From a virus (lineage: Duplodnaviria > Caudoviricetes): 25,710 nucleotides of DNA. Every line of letters begins with the position of its first letter. The first letter of the stretch is position 1. Position numbers and translations under genes: made by a program. The notes beneath the pieces were generated by a model. It was not told the DNA's origin, made no database searches, and saw nothing but the letters and a program-made list of their open reading frames with translations. Location: the IMG/VR virus record IMGVR_UViG_3300028864_000091, positions 1 to 25,710 of that record, one strand, 5' to 3'. Shown here piece after piece: positions 17,166 through 24,024 of this stretch.

Positions 17166-18656
17166 TTATGTCAAGGAAGTTCCAATGTTGATGAAACGAA
17201 CCATTTTCTTTGGTGCGTACAAGAACGGAGTACCGTACATCAGAATCATGAAACGGAAGGCTGGAGATAATACAGCTAAATCCATTTTCATAAGCGGAGC
17301 TAATTGAGCGAACTCAATAACCTCGTTGTCGAACTGTTGCATCATCGCTTGGTCGGTATCAGGCAAGAAACGGTTATTATCGCGAATACTTCCGGCAATT
17401 GCTCCGTCATAACCACGGTTCAAATCATCCAAAGAAACATCAAACAAGGGGAAGAACTGGCCAGAAGCCAACCCACCGCGTTTTGTACGATAAATTCTAT
17501 AACCTGTTGCGGCATTAATTCCACCGCCTGTCGTAAATTTCAAATCACAACCAGCTCCTACGACAGCTGTAACTGCCGCTGTATTGTAAATTGATAACGC
17601 CGACTCACCTTTTCGGTTCAAAGCTGTAACGGCATAATACACAGCTCCTGCGTCAGTAGAGAACCATTTACTTCCGTTAACAGCTGCGGTTACTGTAATT
17701 GGAGCAGTTGCATCCCAAATAGGAGCATTCGGAGCCAATACTGAATTAGCTGCGCTCAAAGAAGTCCGGAAAGGCAATTTTTTGAAGAATACATCGTGAT
17801 TCAACCCAATCTGTCCAAACTGAGAATCAAAAGCCTGAACTTTTTGTCCCATGATACCATTCGACATGGCAGCAGTATTCGGTTGGATGAATTTGTTTCC
17901 ATAGAAGTTTTTCACGAAATTACTCAATACTGCAGGAGGTGCATAAATTTGAGTGCCTAAACCGTAATTTTCAACGATAGTGTTGGCGGCTGTTTCGATA
18001 GAATCTTCTTGTAAAGCTTTACCGCGTAAATCCACGATATGTTCAGAATCCATGTAAGTTCCAAAATCAGCCCAAGCATCAGATTGAATCTGTTGAGCGA
18101 TAAACCCATTAAATTCCTGAGGGATGATTCTTTCGTCTCCAAAATAAAGAGATTTGTTCAATTTACGGAGAATCCAAAGAGTACCGTCTTTGATTGTACG
18201 TTCCATAACGTTCCCAATCATGGTATTGACCAAAGTCATCTGGTGAGTCACACTCTTAGTAACGCCAAGGTATTTCACCAACTGAGCCCGACGAACATAA
18301 GTCGAGTCTTCTTCGTCCGGAAGTTCTCCTTCAGAATTAAATCCACCGCGATCCTGACCGTAACTGGTCTGTTGGTTGTACTCTTCCACAGTGTTGAAAG
18401 CAGCTTTCTTTGGTATGTCTTTCCACAAGCGGATATCAGCTTCCTTGAAAGTGATATGTTTTAGGGTCTTTTCCAAAGACTCAACTTTCAATGGAGCGCC
18501 AGAAGCATCTGCCATGTCGGTGTTTTCACGACCAGTAGTTTCGCCAGCACTTAACGCTTTATTAAGAGCGTCAACGCTTTCCCCCGAAGAAGATCCGTAA
18601 CCGTCATTACCAGCGGCGTATCCGTAATCAGAAAGATTGATTGATAATTTTTCCAT
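17166..18656 (-). CDS. Major capsid protein, Twort/SPO1-like, with Ig/FN3-like insertion (496 aa)
   Basis: GAPLKVESLEKTL, STYVRRAQLVKYLGVTKSV, SLYFGD, EFNG, IVDLRG, YYAVTALNRKGES and PLMKMDLA..YGTP..PKK. N-terminal propeptide probably ends at LNK|ALSAG. Confidence 0.93.
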   Translation of the reverse strand: MEKLSINLSDYGYAAGNDGYGSSSGESVDALNKALSAGETTGRENTDMADASGAPLKVESLEKTLKHITFKEADIRLWKDIPKKAAFNTVEEYNQQTSYGQDRGGFNSEGELPDEEDSTYVRRAQLVKYLGVTKSVTHQMTLVNTMIGNVMERTIKDGTLWILRKLNKSLYFGDERIIPQEFNGFIAQQIQSDAWADFGTYMDSEHIVDLRGKALQEDSIETAANTIVENYGLGTQIYAPPAVLSNFVKNFYGNKFIQPNTAAMSNGIMGQKVQAFDSQFGQIGLNHDVFFKKLPFRTSLSAANSVLAPNAPIWDATAPITVTAAVNGSKWFSTDAGAVYYAVTALNRKGESALSIYNTAAVTAVVGAGCDLKFTTGGGINAATGYRIYRTKRGGLASGQFFPLFDVSLDDLNRGYDGAIAGSIRDNNRFLPDTDQAMMQQFDNEVIEFAQLAPLMKMDLAVLSPAFRFMILMYGTPFLYAPKKMVRFINIGTSLT

Positions 18657-18681
18657 CTTTTGTTTTGTTTTTATTTTTATT

Positions 18682-20130
18682 TTATGCTACAATTTGAATT
18701 CCAAATTCACGCTTAACGCGGTCAATAATGTCTTTAGGAAGATTTTTGTTTGCTTCAAAATGAGTACAAGCGGCTGAATATTCTTCATCGTATCCCCCCT
18801 TTTGAAAAGTCGCTTCGTCAAGTATGGCGGCAATAGCCTTTTTTTGATTTTTCATACTCACACGTTGCATTCCGTCATCAACGGCTTTTTCGCCAAAGTC
18901 GCTATTGTCAGCTTTAACAAAATTCTTTTCAACCGCCGCTGTATTCCGCATTGATTTAGGGGCAGGAGATGAAGAACCAAATTCTTCAATCTGTTGACTC
19001 AAACCTAAAATAGTTGACTCGTTTGCTTTGATTACATCTAATAGCTCTGCTTCATGTATGGCGGCTGAATCAAGCTTTTGAGAACATTCTTTAATCAATA
19101 CAGCAGCTGCAGTAATAAAGCCTTTAGTCAGTTTGTGTGATTCAGCGATGGCTTTTTCAATCGTATCAAAACGATTTTCTTTTTTCACTTCTTCAGCTTC
19201 TTCGGCTTTTTTCATTTCAACTTTTTCTTCGGCTTCTTCAGCGGGTGCTTCTTTGGCTTCTTCGGCTGGCGTTTCTTCAGCTTCTTTTGTTTCCGCTTCT
19301 TTGGCTTTCACAATCGTTTCAGTACTTGAATTAATATCAAGACCTAAAACTTCATATGCTTTTTCAATATCAGCGTCGGTAACTGTTTTTCTATTATTCA
19401 TATTTGAAATTTTTAGTAGCAATGAATATATTTTTTCTGCTTTTTCAATATTAATACTTGGTACGTCTAAGAATATACGTTCCATTACCTCGGATTTACA
19501 AAAAGATTGATTTTTTATTTTCTTGTCGACCGATTCTTTAATCAAAGGAGCGGCTGTTGAAGTGTCCATTGATTTTTCTTCTTCGTCATCTTCTTCTGGT
19601 TCGGAACCTTCGCCTTTAATAATGTCAGCGAACGTTTGAGAGTTTTTAGGTTGGTGTGTTATAGCAACTCCCGTGATACTTGCTTTTGTGATAATTTTAT
19701 AATCAGGGGATTTTTTATCGTTAGATTTTCTTTGAAGAACTTTACCTTCGATTGAGTAACCGAGGCGACGGGTTTTGCTATCCTTTGCTAATGTCAAAGC
19801 GAGCTCATATACGTCACGAGCTATCTTGCTAGATGGGTATAAATCAGTTTCAATATAAAGACCTTCGGGTCTTATTTCTCCTTTGCTTGGTTCTCCCACA
19901 ATTGTAGCGGGTGCTCCTTTGGCTTGATGATGCCAATTTACTGTTCCGCTTTTCATCAAAGGTTCTATGTCAAATCCCTTAGGGTCTAAAAACTCCCCGT
20001 CTGAATCTTTATCCATAGTGGAAGCAATACCGCCAAGTCGCATAATTTCAACGCCTGTAGTTTCGTCAATAGCTTTTTCAATCGCTACTGGACACCAAAA
20101 TTTAAAATCGTCTTTAAGTACTCGTTCCAT
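18682..20130 (-). CDS. Prohead protease fused to scaffold protein (482 aa)
   Basis: GIASTMDKDSDGE, NWHH and GYSIEG (His/Ser of HK97-type prohead proteases) in the N-terminal ~175 aa. Acidic low-complexity (EETPAEEAKEAPAEEAEE) and coiled-coil C-terminal part. Confidence 0.88.
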   Translation of the reverse strand: MERVLKDDFKFWCPVAIEKAIDETTGVEIMRLGGIASTMDKDSDGEFLDPKGFDIEPLMKSGTVNWHHQAKGAPATIVGEPSKGEIRPEGLYIETDLYPSSKIARDVYELALTLAKDSKTRRLGYSIEGKVLQRKSNDKKSPDYKIITKASITGVAITHQPKNSQTFADIIKGEGSEPEEDDEEEKSMDTSTAAPLIKESVDKKIKNQSFCKSEVMERIFLDVPSINIEKAEKIYSLLLKISNMNNRKTVTDADIEKAYEVLGLDINSSTETIVKAKEAETKEAEETPAEEAKEAPAEEAEEKVEMKKAEEAEEVKKENRFDTIEKAIAESHKLTKGFITAAAVLIKECSQKLDSAAIHEAELLDVIKANESTILGLSQQIEEFGSSSPAPKSMRNTAAVEKNFVKADNSDFGEKAVDDGMQRVSMKNQKKAIAAILDEATFQKGGYDEEYSAACTHFEANKNLPKDIIDRVKREFGIQIVA

Positions 20131-20170
20131 AAAAAAAGGTCAAGAAAGTTATTTTGTAACTCTTGACCTT
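20131..20170 (-). terminator. Terminator-like hairpin after the lysis genes, with its U tract abutting the protease ATG
   Basis: Perfect 10-bp inverted repeat AAGGTCAAGA / TCTTGACCTT (20161-20170, 20136-20145) plus inner GTTA/TAAC, then TTTTT-ATG. Confidence 0.72.
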
Positions 20171-20208
20171 ATTATAGCTGCTTGAACTTAAAACAAAGAA
20201 AATATTTT

Positions 20209-20427
20209 TTATTCAGTTCTAGTGCCGCCAGTGACATCAGCATCTTTATCAAAGAATTTCCCAATTCCTAAAATAACGGGAGTAGAGATTACAAGATATT
20301 GACCAATATCTGATATAGTGGCAATTTTTAAATATACAAAAAATAAAGAAACAAAAACATTTAACAAACACAATATTCCTATTACATTTGTTTTCCAAGA
20401 TCTCCCTAATAAATTAGTCTTTTCCAT
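20209..20427 (-). CDS. Holin, two predicted transmembrane helices (72 aa)
   Basis: SWKTNVIGIL start, two hydrophobic segments, charged C-terminal tail (DKDADVTGG); adjacent to the endolysin. Confidence 0.72.
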   Translation of the reverse strand: MEKTNLLGRSWKTNVIGILCLLNVFVSLFFVYLKIATISDIGQYLVISTPVILGIGKFFDKDADVTGGTRTE

Positions 20428-20438
20428 AATATATAAAT

Positions 20439-20864
20439 TTATTTAAATCCTGGCATTAATGTCGCATCCGGAACATAATCGGTGGGCTTGTAATTTTTAT
20501 TTTGAGCCTCAAATACACGAGTAGACCACCCCTTATAATATTTCCAATTTTTAGGGTTTTTATTACATAAATTATAATATCTCAACAACCAAGAAAATTT
20601 GTACAATTCTATAAAATCGCTGTTGGTCATAAACGTTTTTAATTTGTATTCGTTTACGGTATTGTTTAAAGAATCTAACTTTTTTTGTTGCACTAATATG
20701 GTCTCTTGAAGTTTGTATGTTGAATACAATAAAGTATCATTTTGAGCTTTAAGCACAATGATTGAATCTTTCAGCGGCTTGTCTGAAGACAATGTCTGAA
20801 TTTGTTTAGGAGAACACGCTGCAAAATTGATAGATAATAATAGCAATAAAATTATTTTTTTCAT
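20439..20864 (-). CDS. Lipoprotein in lysis cassette, possible spanin component (141 aa)
   Basis: MKK-hydrophobic-FAA|C lipobox (Cys17), then a coiled-coil-like segment; ATGA overlap with the endolysin. Confidence 0.7.
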   Translation of the reverse strand: MKKIILLLLLSINFAACSPKQIQTLSSDKPLKDSIIVLKAQNDTLLYSTYKLQETILVQQKKLDSLNNTVNEYKLKTFMTNSDFIELYKFSWLLRYYNLCNKNPKNWKYYKGWSTRVFEAQNKNYKPTDYVPDATLMPGFK

Positions 20865-21292
20865 AAAGCATTTAATTTTGATATAAGTTCTGGGTCAACG
20901 ACTCCGTCTTGCTTCACATGAACCAAACCTTCTGCCATCTTTATAGCTGGAGATATGCCGAGATTAACTGCCGCGTTTACTAATATCCCCGCAGTAGGTT
21001 GACTCTTTATACCGTTGCCTCCTATTTTATTCCAAAAATTCTTAAGGTAGAAACTCAATACGCTATCGTCTAATCCTGGAATTGAGCCCAAGTTTTTAGG
21101 GAAATTTGCTTTATCTTTTTTGGCAATATCCACATACTTCCACACAGGTTCGTTTGGCCAAAAGTTACGTGCTATTCCCCCGATTGTTTCCCCTCCCGAA
21201 TCATTCTTATCATTAACATACCCCGTTCGTTTGTTTTTAGAATATCCTTCAATTGTGAGGACAGGTCTTATTGCTAAAAGAAAATCAGCCAT
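20861..21292 (-). CDS. Endolysin, glycoside hydrolase family 108 (143 aa)
   Basis: EG..GYVNDKNDSGGETIGGI, FYLKNFW, AVNLG and DGVVDP follow the GH108 pattern. Confidence 0.88.
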   Translation of the reverse strand: MADFLLAIRPVLTIEGYSKNKRTGYVNDKNDSGGETIGGIARNFWPNEPVWKYVDIAKKDKANFPKNLGSIPGLDDSVLSFYLKNFWNKIGGNGIKSQPTAGILVNAAVNLGISPAIKMAEGLVHVKQDGVVDPELISKLNAL

Positions 21293-21293
21293 T

Positions 21294-21656
21294 TTATTTT
21301 ATTGTTAAAGATGTGAAATCAATACAATTTTTATTTAGAAAGTCAATTAATTTTGTGGACTTTTTTGAGTTATCTAACAACAGAAATTTTGATACGTCAG
21401 TTCCATCGTTTTCCAAGTACTCTTTAAATCCGTTTTCTAAAAGGTATATTTGAAACCCTTTGCGTATCGCTTCTTGATATTCGGTCTTCAAATCACTTAT
21501 AAGCATAGTCTTATCCATATCCTCGATTAAATGTGGATATTCAAAATCTTCCATTAACGGAAAATCCCCTTTAAACGGGATAAGGTCGCTCGGCTTCTTT
21601 TTTAGCAAATAACCTTTTGCTAATGTGCCTACTGTTGAAACTAAATTGTAATCCAT
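21294..21656 (-). CDS. Hypothetical protein (120 aa)
   Basis: Fills the gap between neighbours with 5 nt and 1 nt spacers; no recognisable motif. Confidence 0.75.
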   Translation of the reverse strand: MDYNLVSTVGTLAKGYLLKKKPSDLIPFKGDFPLMEDFEYPHLIEDMDKTMLISDLKTEYQEAIRKGFQIYLLENGFKEYLENDGTDVSKFLLLDNSKKSTKLIDFLNKNCIDFTSLTIK

Positions 21657-21661
21657 ATAGT

Positions 21662-24022
21662 TTATTTTTTTACGATTATTTTACTTCTGTTTAACACTAC
21701 CATAAATGAATTTCCCCGACCGTTTCCGTCAGGCGCTATTAAAGCGTCATACCCCTTTAAAGCGGCATAAACTCCTATGGCTTCACGATTGTGGTGTCTT
21801 GTGTTATCATATATCGCTGAATATACATCAGCATCCGCATTCTTTGGTTTCTTTAAAGCGTCTAATTCTTCTTTAGCCGTTACATTGGCTTTAAATAACG
21901 CATTTACTTCGCCTTTCATTGCCGCTACTTTATCTCCCATTTCATCCACTCCTTTTGTGACCGCTTTGTCGATTACCTTATAATGATTGTTCATGAACCA
22001 TTCTTGAAATTCTTGAACAGGATAACTATACGGGTTGGTGAACGCATTCTTTTGTTTTATTGCATTATTTTCGTACCTATATTTACTAAACATCAAAGAT
22101 GTCTTAGAGTTTGGCATTTTTAAAATAAATACATTTGAATTAGGAGCTTTTTCAGTAACCGTTCCCCCGTTTGACGTAACCCATTTAGTTATATTTTTAC
22201 CAAAGAAATCGTCAAACTTAGGGTAATCGGGTTTATCATCGTCGTCTAATTTCCCCCAATCTATACTATCAATAGTAAGTTGATGGTCGACTAACGACGC
22301 TTCGTCCCAATGCATATCTGCTTTTATGTCAGCTGTTACTTTTTCGGTGATATGTAATAATTCGTCTTTCTTTATTTCTAGCTCTTTGTATAAATTGTCT
22401 ACTTCCGCTTGCTTCGCCAAAGCTGCTTGAGTATCGAATGTTGTAAGTTTTTCAATTTCTTTTTTTAAATCTTCAATCTTAGCGACTTTGGCACTTTTGT
22501 CCATTGTACATTCCAATATCTGACCCCCGCTATGTGCATATTGGTGTGCGTGGGAATACGCGTCAGACTTTTTATAATCAGCTTCGGTTCTTTGTTTATT
22601 GGCTCCATCGTTTACATGAAAGTAAATACCTTGACCGTAATACCCCATAGTCCCATAAAAGCATTCATCTGTATATTTGAACTCGTCAGCCCAATATAAA
22701 GCGGTTTTCCCTCTTCCGTCATCAAGCCCCCTGAATAATTGTATATCCCCTTTGGCTATTTTATCCCAGTAATTCTTATGTTCTACTACCAACGGTCTAG
22801 CATCAAATCCGCGGGATTGACAAATAGTATCTAATAATTCCCAACCGTGCTTACCTGTGTTATTTAATTTGCCATCAGCACTTGAACCGTTAGCTTGAGA
22901 CCAAAAATCCTTCAATTCATCATCTGAAAATTCCCTATACATGTCAACGTCCGGAAGTAAAGTCCTCGGTAAAACGGTACGGTTTAATTTCTTGTCCGCG
23001 TCTTCGATGTCTTTTTTTATTTTTTCAAGACTGCTAAAACGTTTAATCATAACGTCCGCTAAAACCGCGTCTCCCGATAAAGAAATAAAGTTTAGGACAT
23101 CATCCTTTTTCTTTATTACTTCATTTATCTGGTCAACTTTTTCTTTATTAGTCAGATTACCTAAAACAGTAGGATTATATTTCAGCATACTGGCCCAATC
23201 ATTGACATCATTATCAAATCCCTTCATGCCCCCTTGAGCCTTGTAAAACAAAGAACCCCCGTTATCAACTCGCACTAACCGACCCGCTGAATCAATTAAT
23301 ATATTGTCGTTTTTATAGACATCCCAATTTGATAATAGCGCATCGGCTGCGTACCCTTTAGCCATATCGGGATAATTAGAAGAATCCGGAACTTTAGCAA
23401 AAGGTATAAATTTGGACAACAATGTTTTATTTCCTTTACCGTCATCATACATTTCCATATCCGGAACACGTTGTCCGAGTATATGATAAAGTTGTGTCGC
23501 CATGTACTCGGAAGCTACGTGTCCGTTGGAAGTATTACTCCCCTTCTTCATCACGTATTGATTGCCCTTCGAGTCTTCAACCAACTGAGCCCCCGTACTA
23601 CCGCCGAGTGCTTTAATTACCTTAAGATTGCTTATATCTTTGGGGAACATATCGTTTACATACGCAACATTCATATCCGCTTTTTTGCTTGTTTGTTTAG
23701 CGTTGCCTGCCAACACATGACCCTTGTATACTCGCCAATCGTATGTGGTTGTAGCGCCAGGAGTTAGAGTCCATATATATACAATTCCATCAACGTTTTT
23801 AGTTTGGCCAGGAAGTATTGCCTTGCATATTTCAACGTCTTGAGCGACTTCGTTTAAAAAATCGGCGATGGATTTTGATACATAAAGGTGGTATTCGTAA
23901 TCATCCATAAAATCGTCGGACTTTATCTTATATGCGTCACAAGCCTTTATCAATGTATCGTAAGAAGAATCGTCCAGCGCAAACTGAGAGATCCTCTCCA
24001 ATGCTACTCTATATTCATTCAT
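21662..24022 (-). CDS. HipA/PI3-4-kinase-like domain fused to an ADP-ribosyltransferase-like domain (786 aa)
   Basis: Kinase aa ~133-335: GGSTG, VMKK, SE172, NWDVYKNDN, RVDNG. ART-like aa ~396-520 and ~748-786: GFDARP, LFRG, GYYGQGIYF, AHQYA, GYDALI, MVVLNRS. Confidence 0.78.
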   Translation of the reverse strand: MNEYRVALERISQFALDDSSYDTLIKACDAYKIKSDDFMDDYEYHLYVSKSIADFLNEVAQDVEICKAILPGQTKNVDGIVYIWTLTPGATTTYDWRVYKGHVLAGNAKQTSKKADMNVAYVNDMFPKDISNLKVIKALGGSTGAQLVEDSKGNQYVMKKGSNTSNGHVASEYMATQLYHILGQRVPDMEMYDDGKGNKTLLSKFIPFAKVPDSSNYPDMAKGYAADALLSNWDVYKNDNILIDSAGRLVRVDNGGSLFYKAQGGMKGFDNDVNDWASMLKYNPTVLGNLTNKEKVDQINEVIKKKDDVLNFISLSGDAVLADVMIKRFSSLEKIKKDIEDADKKLNRTVLPRTLLPDVDMYREFSDDELKDFWSQANGSSADGKLNNTGKHGWELLDTICQSRGFDARPLVVEHKNYWDKIAKGDIQLFRGLDDGRGKTALYWADEFKYTDECFYGTMGYYGQGIYFHVNDGANKQRTEADYKKSDAYSHAHQYAHSGGQILECTMDKSAKVAKIEDLKKEIEKLTTFDTQAALAKQAEVDNLYKELEIKKDELLHITEKVTADIKADMHWDEASLVDHQLTIDSIDWGKLDDDDKPDYPKFDDFFGKNITKWVTSNGGTVTEKAPNSNVFILKMPNSKTSLMFSKYRYENNAIKQKNAFTNPYSYPVQEFQEWFMNNHYKVIDKAVTKGVDEMGDKVAAMKGEVNALFKANVTAKEELDALKKPKNADADVYSAIYDNTRHHNREAIGVYAALKGYDALIAPDGNGRGNSFMVVLNRSKIIVKK

Positions 24023-24024
24023 GA

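Noticed and set aside
17957-18142. 61 aa minus-strand ORF nested out of frame in the capsid gene
   Set aside because: Short, no motif, no clear leader; expected by chance.
19180-19305. Repetitive ttcttcagc/ttcttcggc DNA suggesting a tandem repeat or CRISPR-like array
   Set aside because: Explained by the Ala-Glu-Glu low-complexity stretch of the scaffold; no constant repeat-spacer period.
21271-21453. Possible overlapping or antisense spanin ORFs near the lysis genes
   Set aside because: Wrong strand, with no transmembrane helix or lipobox.
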